From Callorhinchus milii (taxonomy: Eukaryota), in assembly GCF_018977255.1 (NCBI RefSeq), contig NW_024704742.1:8248001-8312000 (forward strand): 64,000 bases of DNA. Reading direction: 5' to 3'. Shown piece by piece: positions 11,501 through 23,500 of the stretch (position 1 is the first letter of the stretch; every line of letters begins with the position of its first letter). Below the pieces are notes generated by a model. The model saw only the letters and a list, made by a program, of their open reading frames with translations, did not search any database and had not been told where the DNA came from. The position numbers and the translations under genes were made by a program.

Positions 11501-14500
11501 CTGCAGGTCATTCAGAACTCTGCAGCTCGTGTACTGTCCCGCACCAGGCTTCGGGACCACATCACTCCCACCCTCGCTCGCCTCCACTGGCTCCCCATCC
11601 CCCAGAGGATTGATTTCAAGATCCTCATCCTCACCTACAAGGCCATTCACGGCCTTGCTCCCTCCTACCTCTCCAACCTACTATCCCCCTACCTACCTGC
11701 CCGTACCCTCCGTTCCTCTGGCTCCGGTCTGCTCCACGTCCCCCGCCCCAACCGCCCTACTATCGGTGGTCGGGCCTTCAGCCTCTCAGCCCCGAGGCTC
11801 TGGAACTCCATCCCCCAGTGCCTTCGCCTTGCTTCCTCCCTTTCCTCCTTCAAGGCCGGTCTCAAAACCTTTCTCTTTGACCGTGCCTTCAGCTCCCCTC
11901 TCGACTCTCTTCCTCCTCCTCGCTCCCTCCCTTCCCTCACCCTGACCATTTCCCCCCTCCTCTCTCCCTCCCTTCCCTCCCCTCACCCTGACCATTTCCC
12001 CCCTGCTCGGGTCATGACCCAACTGTGCAGCGCCTTGGGACGTCCTCCTGACGTGAAAGGCGCTCTATAAATGGAATCTTGTTGTTGTTGTTGTTCTATT
12101 AAGTCTCCTCTTAAGCTTCTCTGTTCCAAGGAGGATAATGCAAATTTCTCTCGCTTCTCCTGATAACTGAAGCCCCTCATTCCTGGTACCATCCTGGTAA
12201 ATCTCCTTTGCACCATCTCCAATGCTTTAACATTCCTTCCTATGTGGTGCCCAGAACTGAACACAGTCTCTAGCTGAGGTTTAACCAGTATTTTATAAAG
12301 GTTCATCATAACTTCCTGATCTCTGCAGTCTATGTCCCTATTTATAAAGCCTAGTATCCCATATGCTTGTTTTTAAAACAGCTTTATCTACCTACTGCCA
12401 CTTTAAAATATTTATATGAACCCCCAGATCTCTCTGTTCCTTCACCTGCTTTAATATTGTACCATCTAGTTTACATTGCCTTTCCTCATTCTTCTTCCTA
12501 AAATGCATCACTTCACAATTCTCCACGTTAAACTTTATCTGCCACGTGTCTGCCCATTTTACATGTCCATGTACAGTCTGTTACTATCCTCCTCAGTGTT
12601 TACTACTTTTCCTAGCTTAGTATCATCTGGATATTGATCTCCCTATACCCAAGTCCAGGTCATTTATAAAGATCAAAAACAGCAGTGCTCCCAATACTGA
12701 CCCTGGGGGACACCACTGCACACTTCCCTCCAGTCAGAAAAACAACCGTTCACCACTCTCTTGTTTTCTGTCTCCCAACCAGTTCTGTATCCGCTGCCAC
12801 TGTCCCTTTAATTCCGTGGGCTTCTATTTTGTTTACAAGTCTCTTATGTGGCACTTTTATCAAATGCCTTTTGAAAATCCATATAAACTACATCAACTGC
12901 ATTACCTTCATCCACCATCTCCGTTACTTCATCAAAAAACTCTGTATCAGTGAAAATTTATTTTGTCCCGGATTATAGTCGCTAGAAGTTTCTCCACGAC
13001 TGACGTTGGGCTGACTGGCCTTAGTTCCCGCGTTTATCCTTCTGCCCCTTTTTTGTACAGGGGAGTAACATTTGCAACCCTCCAGTCCTCTGACACCACC
13101 CTGGTGTCCAAGGAGGTTTGAAAGATTGTGGCCAGAGCCTTGGCTATTTCCACCCTTCCTCCCCACAGTGTTAACTTAGGATGCATCCCATCCGGACCGG
13201 ATAACTTATCTACCTTGAGCACCGTCAACCATTTTAGTACTTTCCCCGGTTTATTTTTATCTTATCAAATTTCTCTATCCTCTCTCCTTTGGGATGTCCT
13301 CCTGAAACGAAAGGCGCTTTACAAATTTAATCTTGCTGTTGTTGATACCATGGCATTGGCTGCACCCTCTTCTTTTGTGAAGACAGGTGCAAAGTACTCA
13401 TTCAGGACGTCAGCCAATCCCTTTGCCTCCACAAGAAGATTTCCTCATTGGTCCCTAATTGGACCCAACTTTGACTAACCTTTTATTCTTTATATGCTTA
13501 TAAAATACCTTAGGGTTCCCTTTTATGTTACCCGCTAATGTTTTCGCTAACAATCTCTTTGACCCTCTTATTTCGTTTTTCATTTCTCCTCTGTACTTTC
13601 TATGTTCTATTTGATTATCTTCTGTATTTTTGACCTAACATTTATCAAAAGCCCTCTTTTTCTGTTTTATTTTAACCCAAATTTCCTTATGCATCCGGAG
13701 AGGTTTGGATGCCCGACCTTTCCCCTTTGGGGGAATGTATTTGTTCTGTCCCCGAACTATCTCCTCCTTGAACACTTCCCATTGCTCATTAGCTGTTTTA
13801 CCTGCCAATCTTTCTTTACAGTCCACCTTGGCTAGGTTCCTTTTTAACTCACTGAAATTAACCCTCTTCAAGTGGAGCATCTTCACCTTTGATTGGTCCT
13901 TGTCCCTTTCCATAAGTACTCTAAACCTAATGATGTTGTGATCACTGTTGTCGAGATGCTCTCCCACTGAAACCTGCTCCACTTCATTACCCAGAACTAG
14001 CTCCAGCACTACTTCCTTCCTTATTGGGCTGGAAACATACTGTTCCAGAAAGTTATCTCCTCCTTGTGGCAAGGAGGAGATGGGGTTATAACCCCATACG
14101 GCAACTTGAGCCTGCAGCTCACCAACCTTATTCATCACACTGCCATGTGACTCGCATTTACATATATGCACTCCAAGACCAACTTATTCTGTTCTGCATT
14201 TCTCCCCCATTAATCTCCCCCTTTTCTGGATAATACTCCTTATTGCATTGCTATTACTACTTGAAATTAGTTTAAACTTTTCCCCACAGAACTAGTTAAC
14301 CTCCCTACAAGGACATTGGACCCACCCCTGTTTAGGTGTGACACATCCACCTTGTACAGGTCCCACCTGTCCCAGAACTGGTCCCAATGTTCCAGAAACC
14401 CAAAGCCCTCCTTTCTGCACCATTCCTCCAGCCATGCATTCATTTGTGTTTCATTCTGCTGCTTTGATACTCACTTTCATAATTCCCTGGGATTAATCCA

Positions 14501-17500
14501 GAGATTACTAAATTTGAGGTCCTACTCTTTAGCTTGTTCCCTAACTTCTAATACTAACCATGTAAGATTTCAGCCCTTTCTTCCCTCTATAGAATTCCCA
14601 ACGTGCTCCACCTCACTCATTTCCCTCCTCACACTACTAGGTTCTCTGCTCAAGTAAGGCTCTTGAACGTCTTCTCCTTTATATAGGACTCAAACAAAAC
14701 CACCCATTTCTTACTGGTCTGCATATTTTTTAATCCCCAACACTTGGCCCATGATTAACTGCTAATTGACTTGTTTGCCTGCTTACATATAAGGTTGCCC
14801 CTCTTCTGCTGAATGACAGAGTTCTCTCTTGCTCTCTGGTATCTCTCTTGCTGAAGAATTCCCTCTCACCAAATTCCTTAACAGAATTCTCTCTCTGTTC
14901 CACCTCACTCAGTTCCCTCCTCATGCTGCTGGGATCGCTTCTCAAGATCATTCAGGACTCTGCAGGTTGTGTTCTTTCCCGCCCCAGTCTCCATGACCCT
15001 ATCACCCTCACTCGGCTCCACTGGTACCCCATTCCCCCAGAGGATAGAGTTCAAAACCCTCGTGCTCACTTTCAAAGCCCTCCAAGGGTCTTCCTCTTCC
15101 CTACTTCTGTAACTTGCTTAAACCTTACAACCTGTCAGCTCCCTCCGTCCGCTCTACAGGCACTGGCCTGCTTCATGTCCCCCATCCTGCTCGCCCGCCC
15201 CACCATCACCGATCGTACCTTCAAGCTTTTTGCTCCCACCGTCTGGAACTCCAACCCTCCTCCTCACTCCCTCCCTTGATTACTGCAAGGCCCGTTTCAA
15301 GACCCTCCTCGTTGACTGTACCTGTGGGCATCCTCAACTCCCCCACTACTTGATTTCCAACCCCCAGCTCAGATGAGAACCTTTAACTGTGCAGCATCTT
15401 GGATTGTCATCCCTACATGCAAGGCACTATGTAGATTAGAATACATTGGAATATACAGCACAGAAACAAGCCATTCAGCCCAACTAGTCTATGCCGGTGT
15501 TTATGCTCCACTCGAGCCTCCTCCTGCCAACCTTCTATTCCTTTCTCCCTCATGTACCTATCTAGCTTTCCCTTAAATACATCTATGCTATTTGCCTCAA
15601 CTCCTCCTTGTGGTAGCATGTTCCACATTCTCACTACTCTCTGTGAAGAAACTTATTCTAACTTCCCTATTTGATTTATTTGTGATTATTTTATATTGAT
15701 GGCCCCTTGTTTTGATCTCCCCCACAAGTGGAAACATCTTCCCTATGTCTACCCTATCAAAACCTTTCATTAAAGATCTCTATCAGGTCACCCCTTACCC
15801 TCCTCTTTTCAAGAGAAAAGAGTCCAAGTGTATTCAGCCTTTCCTGCTAGGTATAACCTCTCAATTCTGGAATCATCCTTGTGAATCTCCTTTGCACCCT
15901 CTCCAGTGCCTCTACACCCCTTCTATAATGTGGGGACCAGAACTTCACATAGTATTCTAAGTGTGGTCTAACCAAGGTTCTATAGCAGTTTACCATAACT
16001 TCCCTGCTTTTCATTTCTATCCCTCAGCAAGTTTATTAACGTCTTGCTGTAATTTGTTGCAGTCCTCCTCTGCATTAACCACTCCCCCAATTTGGTGTCA
16101 TCCGCAAATTTTGAATTGTACTGCTGATTCCTGAGTCCAAATCATTAATGTATATTGTGAACAACAGTGGTCCCAATATCAATCCCTGTGAACACCATTG
16201 CCCACTCCCTGCCAGTCTGAGTAACTACCCTTCACCCCTACTCTCTGTTTTGTAGCCAGCTTGCTATCTTCAAAGAATTCAATGAAGTTGGTCAAGCATG
16301 ACCTTCCTTTTTGAAATCCGTGCTGACTATTCTTTATTATATTTTCCATTTCTAGATGTTTTTCTATTACCTCCTTGAATAAGGATTCCATTAACTTTCC
16401 TACCACCGATGTTAAGCTGACAGGTCTATAGTTCCCTGGGCTTGCTCTATCTCCCTTTTTAAATATAGGTATAACATTAGCTAACCTCCAGTCCTCTGGC
16501 ACTACTCCCTTTTCTAATGAGTTATTATATATGTGTAATAGTGCCTCTGCTATCTATTTGGCTATCGTCTCCTTGATCCCACATCCCCTGACCTTGAGCC
16601 ACAAATTGTTTGTGTGGAACCTCGTCAAAAACCTTCTGAAAATCCCTGCACATCACATCAGCTGCTGTTGTTCCCCTCTTTAAAATGTCTCAAAGCCCTT
16701 CATAGAATTTATTGTAAAGTACAGTGACTATGTATTTTGTGGGTGAAACGTGGCAGCTAATTGGGCACAGCATTGTCCCACAAAGTCATGGATTGAGTGA
16801 CCAAATTATTATTATTTTTTGACGAGATTATTACCCCCAGAAAAGTGATCCGCCAATCAACTAACAACCGGGTTCCTACTTACTGCTAGGTAAACAGAGG
16901 TGTGTGTAGCAAGGAAACTTGCCTAACATTTCGCCCTGCCAGGAACAAAAGTGAAAGTCGGTGTGTAAATGTAAATTTGTTGTTATTGTAAGTAACAGAA
17001 AATCTGCAGTTAGCAGTTACGATGGTCTTCCGTTTCCCACTCTCTCGACTCGTTCAAAAATAAGCTGCTGAAGAGAGGATTGAGGGCACCTACCTGTGTG
17101 GGCACAGGTAACCAACATTCTGTGAGGAACTGCTTTCATCTTTGAGTTATTCTTCAGTGTGGGTGCTGTAGACAATAAGATTCACATCAGGGAGCGGGAG
17201 TAACATGTCACACCGACCATCTCAACCCCCACCATCTCACCTCCACCATCTCACCCCCAACTCCACCATCTCACTCCCAGCCCCCCACTATCTCACCCCC
17301 ACCCCCCACCATCTCACCCCCACCATCTCACCCAACTGGCCTCTGTGTACACAGACTCAGCAAACAATGGAGCTCAGTCTGCTGTTGAGTTGGTGTACCT
17401 GGCTCAGCCGTACTGCTGGCAGACAAACGGTTCGCAAACTTGAACGCTGTGGAAAGGAAAGATGTGAGGTGAGAGGTCAACAGCAGCCACTCTGGTCCTT

Positions 17501-20500
17501 GTTGTGAACCAGTCACATGATGTTTCGCCCACAAACTAGTTACTACACTTTACAGTATATTCTGTGAAGCGCTTTGAGATGTCTCGAAGACATGATAAGG
17601 CGCTATGTTAAATGCAAGGTTTATTATTCATAGTATTTACCATATGTTTCGGTGTCATCCAAATACATATGGAAGTTGACCCCATGTCTGCAGATGATGT
17701 CACCAAGATGGAGTACATAGATACTGAAGAGGGGGGGACCAAGAATAGAGCTCTGAGGAACCCGCACGAGATAGTGCGGGGGCGAGAGGCGAAACCGATT
17801 GTGGAGTTGAAGTGGAGAAGATGTGAGAGATAGGATCTGAACCATTCAAGGACAGAACCATGAAGGTTGAGGTGAGAGAGGCGATGGAGGAGGATAGAGA
17901 GTGGTCAATGGTATCGAAGACAGCAGTGGTCAAGAAGGATGAGGAGGCAGATGGGCAGAATATCATTTGTCACTTTGACCAGGGCTGCTTCTGTGCTGTG
18001 GGCGGCACGGAAACCTGATTGGAGAGGTTTGTGAAGCGTGTGGCGGGAGAGGAAGGAGCAAAGCTGGGAAATGACGACTCATTCCAGGATCATGGAAAGA
18101 AAGGTTGGAGATGAATTACGTACAGCAGTGTCCCACAAACAGTCGTTGATTGAGTGAGCAAATTATTATTTTTAGTTTTTTTTTGAAGGGATTATTACCA
18201 ATAAAAGCAATCGGCCAATTGACTAGGTAAATAGAGGCATGTGGAATAAGGAAACTTGCACAATGTTTCACCCCGCCCAGGAATCAAACCCAGGTCATCT
18301 TGCTTGTGAGGAAAGTGTTCTAACTACTAATCTATAGGACTCCACAAACTGAGCAAACTGACTCTTGGTCTCCACATGAACAAGAACAATACCGTTAAAA
18401 ACGTTGCTTACCTCGGACTAGGCTGGGTGTTGTTTTTTCAAAATGTCCCACAGTTCCTTTGAAAATAACACGAGGTCCAAATGTGGCTGCAGTAAAGACA
18501 AAGCAGATAGAAAAGACAGTGTCGCCAGCCCTGGCTGCTGAGCCAGTTAGCCTACGATTCCTGAAATGTACAGCACTCGAGAGGTAAAAGGTTGAATACA
18601 ACAGGTGCTTACTTATATCTGCAGCAGCAGTTGTCCTGGGATGTTTCCTTACGATCAAATCATGTTCAGAATCTGTTGAAAAGGGAAGATAGGAGCAATT
18701 ATTGCCAGCACTTCCCTCCAATCTCACAGCCAGTCACCATATGTTAACTGCAATCTGCTTTCACTGATAGCGGAGAGCTTGATATCCACACAAACCTGAA
18801 CTGCCCCCATAAGAAAGCAGATCTCTGTGAGTGTGTGCGCGTATGTCTGCCTGTGCGTGTCTGTGCTGTGCTTTGAAGCGTTCTGAGATGCTGCCCTGCT
18901 ATGCAAATTGTTGATGTGTATGTGTATCCATGGAGGACATGTGTTTCCTATTCTTACATCCTATATGTAGGATCTTTGGATTTATCAGTATTAAAAATTG
19001 CCAGTTATCAGCCCATCTACAGTGGAGGACAGTGGAGTCCTGTAGCTCAGTGGTTAGAGCACTCGCTTTGCAAGTGAGAGACCCGAGTTCAATTCCAGGC
19101 AGAGGGCGAAACCTTGGGCAAGTTTCCTTACTCCACACAGAGCCTAATAATAATCCCTCCAAAAACCAAAATAAAAATTGGTCATTTTCAATCTACGACT
19201 GTTTGTGGGACATTGCTGTGCGCAATTGGCTGCCACTTTCGCCCACAAATATAGTCAATTCACTTTACAGTGTGTTCTGTGAAGCGCTTTGGGACGTCCT
19301 CCCGACGTGAAAAGCGCTATATCAAATGCAAGGATTATTATTATTATTATTATCTATGTACCATAACAGGCTCTCTATCCTTTCGGTTTCCTCTGATTCC
19401 AACCTGGCATGCTGGGTCACTTAATGCGCGAGGGGCACTAGAGAAATGCAAGTTGTTGTTCTTGGTATCATCTGAACTGGGTCTGTGATTCCAGGGTCAT
19501 TTATACAAACAATTTCTATTTATATAGCACTCCTCATGCAGGGTAGCATCCCTGAGCACTTAGAAGGAACCAGGCTGTTTGAGAGGATGATAAATGAGGA
19601 AGATTTTGAAGGAGAGGAAGGGATGGTACAGAGTTAAGTGTTTAGGGGGACAGAGTCACCAGGACTCAGCCTGCTTTCTAAACCCAAGGATGTTGATGTG
19701 ATCGTCCAGGATGTCATGGATCGTAAAGATTTTATTGGAGACCCTGAGGCACCCACTTAATACCTCCTCCCCATTGTGACCTACATTTTGCTTCTTTCCC
19801 TTCAGCCAATTCTCAATCCGCTATGTGTTGTCCTTCATACCCAATGACATTGCTTACTTCGGACTAGGCTGGGTGTTGCTTTTTCAAAATGTCATGGTTT
19901 GTGAAGGAACCTTTAGTGAGGTACTTTGTCACACGTCCTTTTGAACATCTTGCGCTAAAGGAAAGTCCTTTATGCAGGGTAGCATGTCGGAGTACTTAAC
20001 AGTGGTCGATTTTGACCTGAGGCAGGAAGGGGGGAAGGTGATGATAGGCATGATCGAACAGAAAGTCTAGAAGTGTGACCTGAAGGTAGGCAAGAGGGGG
20101 CAAGGCTGAGAGATTCAACAACAAATTGCATTTATACAGTGGTCGATCAGAAAGGTCTTGTGGGAGGCGAAGGGATTCCAGGATGGAGGTCCAGAGGGTG
20201 GGGACAGAAAGGCTGAAGGCTTGACTGCCGATGGTAGGGTGGGCAGGGTGGGGTTGTGACAGAGGCTAGTGGCTGTCGAGGTGAGAGCGAAGGAGATGGG
20301 AGTGGGTTGGGTGGCAGGGAGTTGGATGGAGGAGTTTAAAGGAGAAGATTGAGGCAGAATATTGGTAGAGTTTTAGAAGGTCACAAAGGGAGGGTAGAGG
20401 CAAGACCGTGGAGGGATTCTGGGGGATGGGGAGCTAGAGCATCGAGTTCAGGATTCTTGCAGGAGTAGAACCGATAGTTGTGAAGGAAAGTGATGAGGTT

Positions 20501-23500
20501 AGGTGGTGGTGGGAAAAGGGCCAGAGTAGGTGTTCAGATAGCTAGAGGGCACTAGAGAAGGAGTGGTGGGTGATTTATTTTCAGGGATGGAAGGAGATGG
20601 GAGTGGGTTGGGTGGCAGGGAGTCAGATGGAGGAGTTTAGAGAAGAAGATTGAGGTAGAGATGTGTTCAATGGATGGAACTTTGTGGAGTCCTGTAGCTC
20701 AGTGGTTAGAGCACTCGCCTTGCAAGCGAGACACCTGGGTTCAGTTCCAGGCAGGTCAGGGCGAAACCGTGGGCAAGTTTCCTTACTCCACACCCCTAAT
20801 AATAATCCCTCCAAAAAACAAAACAATAACAAATTGGTAATTTTCAATCCACAACTATTTGTGGGACACTGCTGTGCACAATTGGCTGCCTCGTTTCACC
20901 CACAAATATAATACAGTCAATCCACTTTACAGCATATTCTGTGAAGCGCTTTGAGACGTCTAGAAGATGTGAAAAGTGCTATATAAAATGCAAGGATTAT
21001 TATTATTACTATAGAGAATTCCGGAGTATCGGGGTGGAGTGGCTGAAAGCACGGCTGTCCCTGGTGAGCAAATGGAACGAGCGAGGTACAGAAGGACTGA
21101 GCTGCCTGAACTAAGTGGGTGGTGGAGTGGGGGAGTAAGCAGGTTGGAGAAGTAGGGAGGTGCCAGTGAATGAAGCGATTTATATGTGAAGTCTGAGGAT
21201 CTTAAAATCGATCTGTTCTGCAATAAGCCCTTATATTAAAAAGTAATAATAATGTCACTCAATCCATGACTGTTTTTGTGGGACACTGTTGTGCGCAATA
21301 GGCTGCCGTGTTTTGCCCACAAAATATAGTGAATTCACTTCACAGTATATTCTGTGAAGCGCTTTGAGACTGTGATCGGTGGGGGACTGTGATCGATGGG
21401 GGACTATGATCAGTGTGGGACAGTGATCATAGAATCATAGAATTATTAACACAGGAGGCCATTTGGCCCATCATGTCTGTGGCGGCTCTTTGAAGAGCTG
21501 TCCAATTCAATCCCACTTCCCCGCTCTCTCCTCATAGCCCTGCAAACTTGTCCTACCCAAATAATTATCTACTTCTCTCTTAAAAGTTTTTATCGACTCG
21601 GCTTCCACCACCCTTTGAGGCAATGCATTCCAGATCTGAACACAAGCCATCAGTGAGTGGCCGGGATCCATGAGTGGCCGGGATCAGTGTGGGACCGCGA
21701 TCAGTGTGGGACTGCGATCAGTGTGGGACCGCGATCAGTGTGGGACCGCAATCAGTGAGTGACTGCATCAGGTTGGGACTGCGTCAGGGTGGGACTGCGA
21801 TCAGTGAGTGACTGTGATCAGTGTGGGACTGCTATCAGTGAGTGACTATGATGAAAAAATAGTATATATAAATCACAGATTCAAAATAGTATCTAAAAGA
21901 AGCAGAGGGGAGGTGAGAAGAAATGTTTTCACGCAGCGAGCTGTTCGAATCTGGAATGCATTGCCTGAAAGGGTGGTCGAGCCCGATTCGATAACTACTT
22001 TTAAAAACGTGGTGGACAGGTATTTGAGGAGCACAGGTTTGCAGGGTTTCTGAGCTTGAGGAGCTTGAGGAGTCACTACACAGCATATGGGAGGCTGAAG
22101 AGTTCATGGATCGAACGTTTCAGGAGGTGGTCACCCCACAGCCACAGAGGGTTCAGAAGGAGAATGAGTGGGTGACCACCCGACATGGTAAGAAGTGTGG
22201 ACAGCCAGTGCAGAAATCCCGAGAGTGGCACTCACAAACCAGTTTGGTGTACTGAATACACAGAATGTGATGATACCTCTGGGGAGAGGAGTCAAAAGCA
22301 AATGGATGCACAGGGGTACACAGAGAAAAATGTCAATGCAATTGTCATTGGGGACACAATGGTGAAAGGAGTAGACAAGAGTTTTCGCAACCAAAGAAGT
22401 GACTCTCGCATGGTATGTTGCCTTCCTGGTGCCAGGGTTGAAGACATCATGGAATGGGTGCAAAACGTTCTACAGGGGGGAGGGGAACATCCAGCAATCG
22501 TGGTCCATGTTGGGATCCATGACGTAGGGAAAAAATGTGCTGAGATCCTACAAGAATAGTATCAGAAGCTCGGGAAAAAGTTAAAGAAGTAGGACCTCAA
22601 AGGTGGTGATCTTTGGATTACTCCCAGTGTCTTATGTGAGTATCAAAACAGCAGGATCAAACACATGAATGGATGGCTGGAGAAATGGTGCAGAAAGGAG
22701 GGCTTCAGGTTCCTGGAACATTGGGATTAGTTCTGGGGCAGGTGGGACCTGCACAAGGTCGATAGGTTACACCTGAACAAAGCTGGGTCCAGTGTCCTTG
22801 TAGTGGAGGTTAACTAGTGCTGTGCGGAAAGGTTTAAACGTTCGAGTAATAATAGCAATGCAATAAGGAGTATTATCCAGAAAAAGGAGAGATTAAACGG
22901 GGGAGAAATGCAGAGCAGAATAAGTTGGTCTTGGAGTGTGCGTAAATGCACAGAGTATGAAGAATAAGGTTAGTGAGCTGCAGGCTCAAGTTGCCACAGG
23001 AGGTTATAACTCTATCTCCTCCTCTTCACAAGGAAGAGATAACTTTCTGAAATAGTATGTTTCCAGCCCAATGAGGAAGGAAGCAGTGCTGGATCTAGTT
23101 CTGGGGAATGAAGTGGGGCAGGTGGAGCAGGCTTCAGTAGGAGAGCATCTGGACAACAGCGATTACAACATCATTCGGATCAGAGTACTTATGGAAAGGG
23201 ACAAGGAACAATCAAAGGTGAAGATGCTCCACTTGAAGAGGGCTAATTTCAGTGAGTTAAAAAGGAACCTAGCCAAGGTGGACTGTAAAGAAAGATTGGC
23301 AGGTAAAACAGCTAATGAGCAATGGGAAGTGTTCAAGGAGGAGATAGTTCGGGGACAGAACAAATACATTCCCCCAAAGGGGAAAGGTCGGGCATCCAAA
23401 CCTCTCCGGATGCATAAGGAAATTTGGGTTAAAATAAAACAGAAAAAGAGGGCTTTTGATAAATGTCAGGTCAAAAATACAGAAGGTAATCAAATAGAAC

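Noticed and set aside
19033..19105. tRNA-Ala(TGC) gene
   Set aside because: The tRNA-like head runs straight into SINE body and tail and recurs in many diverged copies.
19362..19437. Additional stalk exon candidate
   Set aside because: Immediate stop in phase 1, length not a multiple of 3, and the apparent acceptor is an L2 tail remnant.
22185..22559. Stand-alone GDSL/SGNH esterase gene
   Set aside because: It is the decayed ORF1 of the surrounding CR1 element, with stops immediately downstream.
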